A stretch of 64,000 nt of DNA. Source: Monocercomonoides exilis PA203 (lineage: Eukaryota; Protista; Preaxostyla). The translations under genes were made by a program, and so were the position numbers. The DNA is taken from positions 372,001 to 436,000 of the forward strand of contig LSRY02000034.1 in NCBI GenBank assembly GCA_001643675.2. Direction: 5' to 3'. Position 1 is the first letter of the stretch. Every line of letters starts with the position of its first letter. Positions 39,917 to 53,556 of the stretch are shown in pieces. The notes beneath the pieces were generated by a model. It was not told the origin of the DNA. It did no database searches and saw only the letters and a list, made by a program, of their open reading frames with translations.

Positions 39917-41950
39917 AATTATAATAATTAAAAAAAGAATAGAAAACGAATTCAGTGAAATACAAAAACAATAAGGAATATTTCAAAAACTTTGGTGCTA
40001 ATTAATGATTATTTTTGATGTCGGATTTTTCCAAAATATATTTTTGGTTATAAAAAACTTCCTTGAATATTAACAAATAACTTTTGAAAAGAGAAAGGCT
40101 AATTTATGACATCTTTAAGTTTATATCAGTGTAAACATTGTATTTGAATAACTTATAATCATTTAAGCATTTGAATGCAAAATCTCTTCTCAATGACGAA
40201 CAATATAAAAAAAAATTCAATTCCCCGAAAAAAGTTATTAATTTTCAAATAATTACTCAAATAAAAGACAAAGAACAGAATTGAAAAATGAAAAAATGGA
40301 AGACATTCGTATTTAACGGATGAAGAAGAAGAGCTTGTTCATGTGATAGTTTTTGAGAAATTTATTACAACTCAATCGACATACCAAATGATTCCTTTAT
40401 TTGAAAGAAATTGTATTGTTTTTGAATTCTTTTATTATTTATTAAATTTTGAGGCTTATTGAATAAAAATCCAAATGAAAATAGAAACCGCTAAGTTCAA
40501 AGAGATGAATAGGATAAAATGGACCAGATATTTTTGAAGCCCGCACAAGCGACATTAAACAATCAACCCAAAATATTTGGATATTTCCCGATTGAGTGCT
40601 TCAACAGAAAAAATTCAAGTTCATTTTTGATTAATCTTCTGACGTTTATGTCAACAAAAAATTATCATCCATCACTTATATTGCATCTTAGGGAAACAAG
40701 TTGCCAGACGGAAAATAAAAATAAACAGAAAAAAGTTGAATCACAAATTTTTTTTATTTCTTCCTATTTCTATATTTCAACCATCGACACATTCAGCGCT
40801 TTTATTGCATTGTCTCAACAGACAGAGGATTTCTATCAACACATCATTCTCACTCCAAAACATGTTAAAGAAATATACAAGCAATGACACGATAACAATT
40901 TTATATTACAAACAACAATTTAATGAGTGTTAACAATAGAATAATTTGAGCCAATAATAATGAACAATGTTATTCAATTCATTTCGACACAACGAAGTGA
41001 AATTGGAAAATTTATTGTCATATTCATTCACAAATCTTTAACATCAACAATGCCTTTGAAACTTATTAAACCAAAAAGAAAATTACACACAACAGACTTA
41101 TCAAACAACTCAAATATCACGAGCACAAATAAATTATGGAAACAATTCACTAAATATTTCGATTCACAAACATCAAATGAATCAAGTAGTTCATCATCAT
41201 CACCTCCAAACTTAGCCTCAACTTGTTCTCATTTTTATTTGGAACATAATCTTTCCTCTTCAATGATGTTGAAAATGTTTACTCTTCAGAAATAGATAAG
41301 AAGAAGATTGTGAAAATGGATTGATGCAGTTTGATGAAAAAGGATTTATTTTTTCAAAAAAGTGTTTCGAGTAAAAATTTTATTCTGATTATTCTTCAAT
41401 AGAATCACAAAATTCTTTGAAATTAGCAAATGAGGAAGATCGTAACAACTGGTGGTTACTTAAAATTAACATCAACGTGTGTGATAATCATTTCATAATG
41501 AAAGAAAATATAGATGTAGAAAATGAAATTCTGAAGAGTGATTATCAAAAAGATTAACAGACCATGATCATAAAAGATTTAAGATTTCCAGCTTTCCTTG
41601 TTTTGGAAAAGCAATAATCTCGAAGAAATAACAATCTTTTGGAAAGCCTAACGGAGGAAGGTTAAAATGTGGTTGTTCTCGCATCGCATGCATAGCACAA
41701 ACTGCAGCCTTTGGTCCTTGGCACAAACGGAGTTTAAAAAAGAGAATAAAGGCATGCGAACAATGAGCCGACAATAAAAAATATGCGAACAGATTATTTC
41801 TCCTTCGTGAAATCGATTGCAGATTGCACATATCTTGCTTTGGTTCTAAAGACTATTCGACACCGGTTTCAGAAGCGGGAATCACTTCACCTTCAATGCA
41901 ACATGTTCTGTCCTAAACAATAAAGAAACTTCCAGCAAACATTAAATTTA

Positions 41951-41987
<37 letters not shown>

Positions 41988-44425
41988 GATTGTTGATTTC
42001 TGGAAAATACGTAACTTCCCCGAATGTTTTGGAAAAATAGAAGCAATCCGAGGAGAAAAAGTTTCAGGATGTGTCATATTGCAGAGTTACAGGAAGGAAA
42101 TACAAAACAAAACAAAAATAAAAAATTCCAGAGAAAAAGAATAAAACAAAAACTGTCAATATTTAACAGAACTTGCTAAATCAACAAGAAAATATTGATG
42201 ACTCATTAAAAACAAGCGAAATGACACAATTCGATAGAAAAGAGAAAATGACAGATTCAAAAGGTTGTGAGGATTTTGCAATTACCATGCAATGATTTAA
42301 TAACGAAAAAAATTGAGAATGAAAGTTTGAACTGAGAAGAAACAAATAAAAATGACGAATAATTCTTTAATGAAGGAGATTCTGTTAATTCAGAAAATTT
42401 TTCAAAATTAGAAAATAAAAAGAAATGGAAAACCAACGAAATCAGGAAATTGAAAAAAATGTTGGAAGAGAAAACATTTCAAATACAATGAATATGAAGA
42501 AATAAATGAAACAACAAATACACATTAAAACCACTGATCAGTCTTGTGAAAACGTTGAGTTGAATTGCTCTCGTTTTATTATTGATATGAAGCCAAACAG
42601 TAAATATTTTCAGTGTTGTTTTCCAGATGAAACAAAAAACGACTTATAATTTTGTCAATTGGTGTGAGAATAATTAGAAATCGTTCGTATATCATGATTT
42701 AAGCTCAACTCCCTCATTTTAACTCTTGTTCAACCTCCTTGATTTTGTCATACAAAAAATAGAGTGTGCTCTTTTTTTTTTTAATCAACTGTGAGTGAAC
42801 GTCTGATGATTCAGATTGATCAAATAGTTTTGAAGGTGAATTATTCACAAGAGTCACTCGATATGAGTTCTGTTTGATTATTCTCACATTAATCATTGCA
42901 TTGTTTTTAGATGTAAAATTGTGTGGAAATGAAATATAACTGCAAACAAATACCTCCTCTTCTTTTAAAAACTCTTCGGTTTTCTCTCTTCCACTCCATT
43001 TCGTAATGATCCAAAACCTCAAAATGGTTTGTTCATCAAAAAAGATTTTCATGTTGATGATCATATCATACAAAATCATTTCACAGAATCTTTATTTCTC
43101 AATTCTGTTAATCTCTTTTGAAGCATGAACCAGACATCAAATTGGTTTTATTCTCTCATGCCTTTTATATGAAACTATTTCGTGATGAGCTCTCCATTTC
43201 CACTGAGCATAACCACAGAATATGTTAAAATTGGAACACTCGTGATGTGTGAACTCAGCTCCAATTTATTGATTCAACTGTGAAAACAACATCTGAATAA
43301 TGAAATTTCACTAATAACATAGAAAGCTTCAACGAACACATCATGTTTCGTATCTTTCATAAATATGTATTGTTTTTATTTAAATTTGTTTCCAAAACTC
43401 CTTCCTTTTCTTCGTCAAAAAGATCAAAATATTTTTTTAAAAAAAAAGTGGCATTTTTTTCTGAAAATTTGCTCCAAAACAAACTTTTTTGGGTTGTTGT
43501 TCACCAAATTAATTATTCTATCTGCCATATGTAAATTTTTGGCTGAAATGTTTTATTCTCGATAAGCTCTGGAGAAAAATCCCACCAATTTTTTTTCTAA
43601 GCATGGTTGACAACAAATTGAATATGCATTTTGTTTTGCAAATGAACTTGACTTTTGTTTTCAAAAATACATTTCGAAAACCCAATGATATTTATCTTTA
43701 TGGTTTTCTTTGTGACACAGTGGTTATCATCATTACCCTTCAAACAGATCACATATGTATCTCACTTTTAAAACAACGTTTTTGAATATAGGAATATAGT
43801 GTGATATGCTAATCAGTGAATAATAAATTTGAAAATGAATTGTTTTATCTTCAACTTTGAATTCTTGGTTGATCTTATCAGGAAAAAACTTTTATAAAAA
43901 CATACAGCTTTTTCTACAGAAGCTTCAAAATGATACACAGCATTACGGGAAATGAGTTGCTCGATCTTTTCAATATGTACACACTTATTGATTCCTCTAC
44001 ATAAACATAACAGTTCAATCCATTTACTTCTCTTGGTCTTGTGTCAACAAAGAACTTGCAGAATGCGTTCCAATTAAAGTTTGGAAACGATGTTTCACAT
44101 GATTTGAAAAACAAGCTTTTCCAAACAAGCAAACAAGAATTCTTCTGATAAATAATAAAACACAAATGTGTTCATTTTCCACTTCATAAGAATGCTGCAA
44201 TCCATGCTTGCTGATTTCTGCATTGAAGCAATAAAAAATTTTGCTCGCACTGACATTTTTCTCAGAACATAAAACATAATTAGTTCAATTCACCAATTAA
44301 CAAAGAACCGAACAATTCTTTTTGTAAATCTGTAATTTTTCATCATGACATTTTTTTATTCGGGGTAAGGGTACAATATGGTAGTTTTAAAAACTTCTTA
44401 AAACAAATTTATTTGTAGTTAATAT

Positions 44426-44694
44426 GGGGCAAAATATTTTGCTTCAAGCATTTTCATTGAATAATTATGCACTTTTCATTGACTATATTATATCAAAAAA
44501 TATAATAAAAATGGTTCTATTTTTTGACATTCGTGAAATGCCACCGACGCTTAATGTTTTTATTTCAACGATGCCTGTTTGCGGATTTGAAAATCAAATT
44601 TATTTTGAAATCTGAGAAAGTGAAATTAAGTTATGAGCATAACAATTTTTTTGTGTTCTGTGCAAAAAAAGCTTGAAAGTCCATATTTTCCCCC
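44426..44694. mobile_element. GGGG..CCCC MITE (269 bp) nested in the Merlin 2 terminus
   Basis: GGGGCAAAATATTTTGCTTCAAGC / GCTTGAAAGTCCATATTTTCCCCC with ATAT TSD. Confidence 0.8.
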
Positions 44695-44789
44695 ATATGA
44701 TCACTAATCATCATTATTCATGTTTATAATCATCGGAAATGTGTGTGGATGAAAAATAAAAAATATGAAAAAAATAAAAAAAAAATCAT

Positions 44790-45833
44790 TTATGGTTCAT
44801 AATCTGAAGTTTTTTCTTCTTCTGTCTCGAGCCCTGACGATTCTTCCTCAGTTTCTTCATCTCCCAAAATGTCTTCAATTTGAGGGATTTCGGAATCTTC
44901 ATCTTCAACTTCCTCTTCTGCAAGAACTTCTGCTGGCTTTTCCACAGCTTTATACTTTACGATCGTAGGTGAAATATCTTGAAATTTATATTTCAAAGAA
45001 GTTTTTACCAGAAACATAGCTAAATGATCTGCAATCAATGATTTTCTCACTCCATACTGAGGAAATGATTTGCTCAATGTTCCCCACAATCCCTCTATCG
45101 TATTGGTGCACTCACCTGAAACAAGGTCAACAAAATGTCTTTTATGGCAAACAGATTTGTGAGTGAAATCATATTGATCCAAAGCGGAGAATGCTTTCTA
45201 CTCGTTGCTCATAATTGTTGAACTGCTTCGAATTGTTTCCAAAATGATGGGAAGAAGAGTTTCCCTCTTTCTGTTCGGAACAACTTTCACAAAAAGAGGA
45301 CCAGCTCCACTTCCCTCCAACCTCTCAACCCCACCAAATATCTAAATATGTTCCTTTCTTCTTCACATCTGACATTTTTATCTCCTTCACAATGTCTCAT
45401 CAATCACAACAACTTTCCCTTCTCCTCCTATAAGGTTTTAATGTAAATTCCAAATTTCCATGTCGGAAACTCTTACAACACTGCACCAAAATTCAACAGT
45501 TTTCCAATCCACTCCCAGCATTTTAGAAATGAACTTTATATTTGCACCTTCCCAATACCACAAAATAATTCTAGAAACCTTCCCTAATCCTAATTTATTC
45601 CCAGATAAAAACTGTTTCATCATACGCTAATTCCTTTCTACTACAATTAAAACAGTTCTAATATCTGTAAACTTTTCGCCTTTAAGAACAATCATTGTTC
45701 TTTCACTGCGAACACAAATTTTCGATTCATTTTTCAAAACATTTTCGTTGAACCACCTGCACGCTCCGTCTTTGTCTGTGAAAACATTATCAAGTTGATG
45801 AGACTTAATTATCTGAAGATCCATCATTTCCAT
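44790..45833 (-). pseudogene. Merlin/ISXO2-type transposase, decayed
   Basis: VVVIDETL*RR, HI*IFGG, VVPNRKRETLLP, MSNE*KAF, VCHKRHFVD..CTNTIEGLW and an acidic tail. Confidence 0.88.
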
Positions 45834-47399
45834 TTAAATTATACAATTATGATCACAATCTATATTACCTTGATATTGACATTTTTCTCAAAAACCAGGA
45901 AAATCCTTATTATGGATTTCCGATGATTATAAACATGAATAATGAAGATTTTTAATCTTATTAATTTTTAGAAATTAAGTTTTAAGAAGTTTTGAAAACT
46001 CCCATATCACACCCATATGCCCATTATTCGGTATAATTATTCTTTAAAAATCTTTTGAAATACCGATTTAGAAAAAAAAAATCTTTGGAAAATAATTTTG
46101 CAATGACGAGTTTTGAGTTTTAATGATATAAAGAAAAAGCATAATTTTATTGTGAGGATACAGGTTTGTTTATATGTTATTCTTTTTGAAAAGTCGTACA
46201 TTTTTAATTCCGAATATGGGTGATTTTTTTTGATATCATAAAAAAAGATCAAAAATTGAAAAAATAAAATCTATTGTGGTATTTATTGATCAATAAATAA
46301 AATTGATTTTTATCAAGTATTTTGCTTTTATCTCTGTCATATATATTTGTTTTATTTATTTATATAAAAAATCACACCTTTTTGATAATTTCAGTGCAAA
46401 AAAGATTTTTTTGATCAAGTTCAATAAAAATTAGCCAAAAATAAATAAATAAAACTTCAGAAAAAAATAGAAGTTTCTCAACTTTTTTAACAGTATTTAT
46501 AAATAAAAATTAAATAGACAGATATAACTATATATAATTAGTTTATTTTAAATTTTATGAAACGTGTTTAATATTTATTGAGCTGAATCATCATTACGAA
46601 GTTCATGCTCCAGCAGTTCAGTTCAACGACTTTATTAAACGTAAACAGATATTGTGGATAATTTGATAAAGCTGAGTTCAACAGCTGGCTCCTCCTCATC
46701 GCTATGAACAAAATGCTGACCTTCAATGGAATTGATGCTGACGTCTGTGGAAGAGAAGGACAGATCCCAAGTGAAACCATTTAATACACCTTTTATGGCT
46801 TTTTTTCCATCATCAGTTCAATATTTGTTCCCACTTAAACACTCTCATTCAGCTCCGATTGTACAAAAAACACTTATAACAATGAATTTTTTTTGATTTA
46901 ATTGAAATTTCTTCATTTTTCAAAATTTCTCATTTTCCATTTCATAGAAATATTCATGAGTTTTCATCGACTTGACTAATTGGTGCATGTTCCATCACTT
47001 GCTTTTAAAAACCCTTGATATCCACTCTAAAATTTACATCTCTTTAATATTTCCTCTCCCATTTCATCTTCAGCGACTTATTGAAGGCATGTGACCTTGT
47101 GAAATCTCTCAAAAATCATCCCTGCAACTGTTTGCTCAAAAAAATCTTTTCCCACTTTGTTTTTTCTGCTTCATGTAATTCTTTCATCTTCCAAATGAAA
47201 AAAAGTCAGATTCGATCTCTGTTTTCTGCTTTGTGCCTTCTGCTCCGATTTTGACCGATCAGAATTGCATTCGCTTCATAGGTGTTTCTAATTTGGTTTA
47301 TACTCTGTGAGAAAAAATAATATCTTTTAGCATTTTCAATTTGATGTTGAAGGCGAAAATATCTGTTCAATATGAGGGCGATTGAATGAAAGAGAAGGA

Positions 47400-50300
47400 G
47401 ACGAAGATAGAGCAGATAGTGAAAGTGGAGAAAGTGAGCTAGGAGCAGCAGGAAAAGCCGAAGAAAGAAATTTTGCTTGGAATTGCAGTGAAGGAGATTA
47501 AGACGTTCTGAGAGAAAAAGAAGATTGCTGCTGGATGTTCATAAACAAGGAAGAATTGACAAGTGATGAAGTTCAATGAGAAAGAGGATGAAGAGAAAGA
47601 TTTGTATTTGCAGCAAGATCAGCAGCTGAATCAATAGGCGCAATCAAATTGAGTGCAGAATATTTCTTCATCAAATTCATCACCATTTAATTCTGCGACT
47701 CGGAGAAAGACGCTAATTATGAGAACGACAGTTCATATCTTTTCCCAGGCACTCTGTTCTTTCTGAATGTTCTTATCCATTTCTCCTTCTGAAACAGCAG
47801 AGGTGATCCTTTCCTTTCTCCTTCATTTCCATTTCTGTGTGTTGTCTCTGCTTCCTCTTTGTACGAACACCAGCCCCGCCACATCATCCCTCTTCCTCTT
47901 CGCAGCTCCGCCCGGCTCTGCCTCTGCCCGCTCTTCGGTGCGCTCATCAGATCCAGCCGCGTTCTTATCTGCATCGCTTAAACGACTGCATACACAGACA
48001 CTTCCTGAAACTTCCACACAAATTGCCCATTTTCCTCACTTTTGATGAGAACATGGCGGCAAGACACATCCAGTTCATCGCTCAAATCTTCCAGGTCAGA
48101 ATTAGCGAGGTCATTCAGCATGCAGTCCAATTTTCGCTCTCTTGTCAAAATTGGCGTTTGGCTTTCTTTCGCCTCTTGTTGCGCCTCGCTTGTCATTTTG
48201 TTCTCTTTCTGGTTGGTCGGTGTGCCTGTCTCAAGGTGTGGCTGTAGTATTCCTTGGATGCTGCAAAACGGATTCTTGTCGATTTCTTCTTTCTCCATTT
48301 TCCTGCGCTCCCACTCTTCTTTCTCATCCTTTTCATCTGTATGGGTGATTATTTTTGAAATCATATTTTTTTATTCATAATTTTCGGTTTATAAATCTCC
48401 CTTGAATATTTATAAATGAACACAAAAAAAAGTCAAATTGTTTGTTTGAGACATCTTCATCTTTATTTCTGCAAAAACATTTGTATTTGAAACAGTTGTG
48501 ATAGTTTTAATATTTGAATTTTAAATCTCTTCCCAATAACAAGCAATCTTTGAAAGATCAACACCCCGAAAAAAGAGATGATTTCAAAAATAATCACACA
48601 TATCTCCTGCAGTTTCATCAGCAGAAGCAGTTTTTCTGTCTGATCATCAGATTTCAATGAGCCAAACGTGATCATCGCTTCTTCATCGTCCACTTTCCCT
48701 TTCTCATTCTGAAACTCATCTGGCATCGCCTTTGTCACTTTTTTGTCCAAATCCTTCATCCTCATCACATCCAATGTCACCCCTCCTCTTCCTCCTCCAA
48801 TTCCTCCTCCTCCAACAGCAGATGACAGCGATATCGTTTGTGCACCTTTAGCACCAATCACCATCTTCATCTTTTGGCTGTGCACGATCAACACATCTCA
48901 CCAACCCCTATCCATCCGCAGTTTATTCGCTTTCCTCGAGTAAAGTGAATCGTTCCAAAGGTATCTCTTGCTGAAAAGAATTGTTAAGGCTATGGAAAAG
49001 GTGATTGTGTTGTGTGCTGTTGCTGCTGTTTTTGCAGGAATTGCGATGAAAGTGGCTCTGGTTTTGGCTCATTGGAATGAATTTCAAATTTTCTCCCGTT
49101 CTTTATTGATTCTTTGGTGTTTGCACTCTTTTCTTTTTCCGTTTGATAATATTTGCTTTTGAAACAACTGCTTTGGGGTAGTTCATTAAATCCTCCAAAA
49201 TCACTTCTTTTCCTCATCTTTTCCATCATCTTCATCTCCTTCAACTTCTTCCATGTTTCCATTTTCATTCAAAGAATTATTCCATTCTTTCTCTTCTATT
49301 CCGTCTTCTTTGCCATCTCCCTCACTTTTTGCAGCACTCACACTCATTCTTGGTCTTTTTATCGACTCGTCAATTGGTGCTGGATAAAGCAGCATGTTTG
49401 GTCTGGCCATCAAAAGCACCTCATTCACAGCAGAATCACTTTGAAGCTCAAGCACCTGATAATACCTTCGCATCAACCTCTGTTTCTCTCTGTGTTTGTG
49501 TCTCATCTCTCTTCGCTCTTCTTCATCGCCCACGATGGAGCTGCCGGAAAGGCATTCGCTTTCTTCATTTTACTTCGGTTCCTTCAAAAAATTTCTTCTC
49601 ATCAATGATAAACTCTCGTTTTCTTCTGCTTTTGCTTTATTATTATTTTCTTCATCATTGTTATCTGCATCATTTTCAGGCTTCAATGTCTTTCTCATCT
49701 CAGTCAGTTCTCTTGTTCTTTTTATCCTTTCTTCTCTTGTTCCTTGCTTCTCTTTTTCGCTCTCTTTCGCTCTATCTCTTTCTCCCTTCCTCTTCTTCAG
49801 ATTCTCTGCATAACGCTCCATCATCCGAAATTATGCAAAAAACGTTAGCGCCTCAAACACATCTGGTGGGAGAACAAAATATTGTCTTTTCCTTCTTCTT
49901 CCGAACAGCTGCCTCATCCTCCTCGTCTGCTGCTCTTCGCCTGTCAGAAATCTGTTTCTTGAAGAACGAAGCAATGAGGAAGAAGAAGAAGAGGAGGAGG
50001 AGGAAGAGGAAGAAGATGAAGGAGAGGAAGAAGGAGATGACTGAGGAAGAGAAAGAAAAGATTCATTCGGCAATGAAGAAGGAGATGTTTCTGTTCCTGT
50101 GCCAATACCAGCAATTAAATAGAAAAAAAGGTTTGAGTTAAATTTTTATTGCTTTTTCTCAGTCTTAGTCTTCGAGGAACATAAGATGGATTCAGATCGC
50201 ATATGACTGAAAAACAGACAATTCTCTGCTCGAAATGAGGCTGTTTGCAAGCAAACCGAATCTTCTTCGCAGAATGCCATCGCCATTGTTCAGCACTTGC

Positions 50301-51350
50301 TCAAAGAGGCAATCGTCAATGAAAAAAGTTGCATAGTCAAGAAAATCAAATGTGTTGATGGTGTTGGAAGATGAGTAGTTTTCGAGTTTCAATGGAATGA
50401 CTCCACATTCATCAACTGCCTCGTCTGTGTCAAGATGCTCCACCCAATCGCCTAACAGTCTAAAACCAGAAAATTTCATTCTTTTCTCTTTCCATCTTTC
50501 CCATCATTCCCATTCTCATGCATTCCAGTTTAAATAGCCATAATTCTCTGCTCTTTGTTCGATGTCTGTTTGTTTCTCTGCCCCCATCTCAGTCTGTTCT
50601 GTCTCAATAGAAGTTTTCTTGTGCGAATGTTTGAAAATTCGTTGTCTTCGTCAAAGAGATGCGGAGGAGGAAAAACAAAATCGAGTTAAGTTGAATGAGA
50701 AAGAAGCTGTTGAGTGAGAAAGGAATGAGGAAGGGAAGGGACGTGAGAAAGAGAAGCGAGAGAAGGGAAAATAGGAGAAAGGGAAGAAAGGGAAAATGAT
50801 AAAGAAGTAGTGGAGATGGAAGGAGTTGATAGAGAAAGAATAACAGAAGAGAAAGAAGAAGGTTTGAGGGATGTTTTGAAGCTAAGTTGTGGTTGTTGAT
50901 TAAGATGCTGATGTTGATGATAACGAGAATTAGAAATGAATAAGAACATGAATAAGAAAGATTAAAAGAAGAAGGAGTGCACGATGTGTTAAATGAGTAA
51001 ATGCCTGTTGGATACAGATGATGAATAGAGGTGGAAGAAGGAGAAAAGAGTTGAGTGGCGAAATGGAAATTGAAAGAAGAGGAAAAAGAAGAAAGAGGAG
51101 AATATTGAAGAGCTGATGAAGAAGGAACAAGGGAAGATCTGTTGGTTGAGAGAAGGCGGTGAATGAAAGGTGTATTGAATGAAAGAGAAGGATTAGGAGG
51201 ATGAAAAGGATGAGGTGGAGAAAGAGAAAAAAAAGAAAAAGAAATCGTATGATATGATATTGATATATAAGATAAAGAAGAAGATGACGATGACGAATGA
51301 ATTGCATGAAATGATTAATTGTTGGAAATAAAGAAGATGAGTGTCAATTT
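47400..51350. pseudogene. Mosaic of decayed host-like gene fragments with low-complexity E/K/S tracts
   Basis: Overlapping ORFs such as 47978-48364-, 48463-48894-, 49201-49533- and 49570-49824-. No family motif recognised. Confidence 0.35.
48343..48599. mobile_element. GGG MITE (257 bp) of the 1874 family, inserted in gene-like sequence
   Basis: GGGTGATTATTTTTGAAATCAT..ATCAACACCCCGAAAAAAGAGATGATTTCAAAAATAATCACAC. Flanks are GTAT/ATAT. Confidence 0.8.
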
Positions 51351-51490
51351 TCATCTACTGAGAAATTCAATAAAATTTTCTTCTTCAGGATTTTGTCTTC
51401 TTCTGGCAAATAATAGCCTTTGAATCCTTTTCACTTTCAGCTCAATTCTCTTTCTCTCTCTCAAACATAATATACAAAGCACGCGTTAAT

Positions 51491-52737
51491 CTCTTTTTGA
51501 TTTCATCTTTCAAGCTTTCAATTCCCTTTCTTTCACAAAAAATCATCTTTTCTCAATAATAACTCCATTAAAGCCCAATGTCGGGGATCTTCGTAAAATC
51601 TTGAATTTCATCAATCTTCATTTCATTTTTCTTCCTTGATTTTCTTCTTCTTCTTCTTCAAAGCCACCTAATCCTTCACTCTTTCAGCAACCTGAATGAA
51701 AAAATAATAATCACTTCGAAAAAAATAATAACAACAGCAAACCTTCTAAACATTTTTATATGCAATTTTCTATATTTTATACCATTGGCAAAGCTCATTT
51801 CCCTCCAATAAAAATTCATTATTCCTTCCATTTTCAGATATTTCATCATCTGATTCGCTAATCGTCCTTTCCAGAAGTCATTTCCCCATCAAATGCATCG
51901 ATTTCCCTTTCTTCTGAAAAATGTGAAACTTATGTATTTTCTTCAATTTCATCTTTCTCATTGAAAAATATCCTTGTTTCTCGTCTGAAAATATCATCTT
52001 CAAATTCCTTCCCAATCCCTTCACCCTAAGCACATTCCATATGAAATTGCTCTCCCAACTCCATAGCCACCCTTCATAACGAGATATCCCGCTTTTATTC
52101 ATTTTCATTCTTTTTGACCTGTTTCCGTTAAGAAAGAATAAAAACGGTCAATAAAAAATAATCATATATAGAAATAATAAATAAATACCAAACTTCCTTC
52201 TCTGCCTTTTATTAGCAATTATTCTTTGGCATATCAATCATATAAATATTTTCATTAAAAACAAAAGAAAGAACATCAATTGATTGTCTATGAAAAAGAT
52301 TTGTTTAAAAAACATATGTTTTCCTCATATGATAACAAATAACAAACCTCGATGCAACGTCAATGCGAGAAAAATTGTTGAAAGAACACTTTGAAATAAA
52401 GTAATGGAATTTTTTCTCATTGAAAAAAGTTCAAAACACACATTTTTTTAAATCATTTTTAATGAATATTGTTGTTTTAATAATTATGAAGCGTATGAAC
52501 ACTAATAGAATATAAGCATTTTCTCGTTCTTGAAAGAACAAAAAATCGAAAAATTTTCACTGATTTTTTATCTGAAAATTTGAGATACATTTTTCGAAAA
52601 AGAGGTCACACCTTGGTGAACCCTTTTTTAACATGTTTCACGCACCTTCATAACAACAAATCGATTCGTGCAAAAAAATGCCACCCGATGTGTAACCCTC
52701 GTGAAATACCTTAAAAATATTTTTTCCTAATGATCAT
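51491..52737. repeat. Left arm of a 1247-bp near-perfect inverted repeat
   Basis: Reverse complement of 58365-59611 (ORFs 51878- and 58994+ are identical). I saw one mismatch near the outer end. Confidence 0.95.
52602..52700. mobile_element. 99-bp GAG..CTC imperfect palindrome (mini-MITE or Sola2-type terminus); mirrored at 58402-58500
   Basis: GAGGTCACACCTTGGTG.. compared with the reverse complement of its right end, GAGGGTTACACATCGGGTGG.. Confidence 0.55.
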
Positions 52738-53556
52738 GTCCATATTTTTTTTATTTAATTCAATTGTTTGATTTTAATGTTATGAAAAGATTATTTTTCA
52801 TTCATTGTTTGTACAAAATTTGAATATTCTGTCATTAATTTGTGAGATATTTAATTGTTTTTCTGATTATGTTGAGAGAAGTTTTTTAACTTTTATTAAT
52901 GAAAGTTTTGAGAATGTGAAACTTTTCTATTCCATTTTTTTTGAATCTACAAATTTTTTTAAGAATTAATTATCTGGAGTAGTTTTCCGAAAGATTATAA
53001 ATAGAATATAAAAATGTTTCATAGTGATTGTTCAAATAAAGTAATTTCCGTATTTTATTTTGAACAAATAAAACGAAAAAACATATAATTTCTTCAAGGC
53101 TGTATTTGTGAAATGAATATTTTTATCTGTAATAAAAAATATTTTCATAAGTCATCCATTCATATATTAACAATTTTGTCCAATGAGTTAAAATAAAAAA
53201 ATCAAAATGTTTCACTAAACTTTCATCTCTCATAAAATTTTTTCTTGAAAAAACATATTTTTTGTTGTAATCAAACAACTCAATATTTATTTAAAAAAAA
53301 GAAAAGAAAATCAGTTTGATATTAAATTTTGTTGATTATCAAATTTTTTGTATTTTTTTTTTTTTTTTTTTTTGATTTTGTGATTTCATTTATGAGCTTT
53401 TTGGATTGCTATGTGCCTTTTGAGAAAATCAAATTGTGAGAAAGAAAAAAAGAATTTCAATAAATGAAAATAAAAATAAAAAAACAGTGAATGACTACGG
53501 AATTTTTTGGATTTTTTCATATTGAAAATTCCATAAAAATTAAATTTTTCACAAAA

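Larger units (their letters stand above)
44363..46022 (-). mobile_element. Merlin element 2
   Basis: TIRs GGGTAAGGGTACAATATGGTAGTTTTAAAAACTTCTTAAAAC / GTTTTAAGAAGTTTTGAAAACTCCCATATCACACCCATATGCCC. TTATTCG(G) duplicated at both ends. Internal 30-bp perfect IR at 44711-44740 / 45916-45945. Confidence 0.8.

Noticed and set aside
40300-44300. Possible decayed coding regions (41570-41910 and 42700-44280, minus strand)
   Set aside because: The composition is coding-like, but I could not assign any motif, so they are left unannotated.
49329-51307. Long Leu/Phe/Ser-rich ORFs as membrane proteins
   Set aside because: They are antisense shadows of purine-rich low-complexity tracts.
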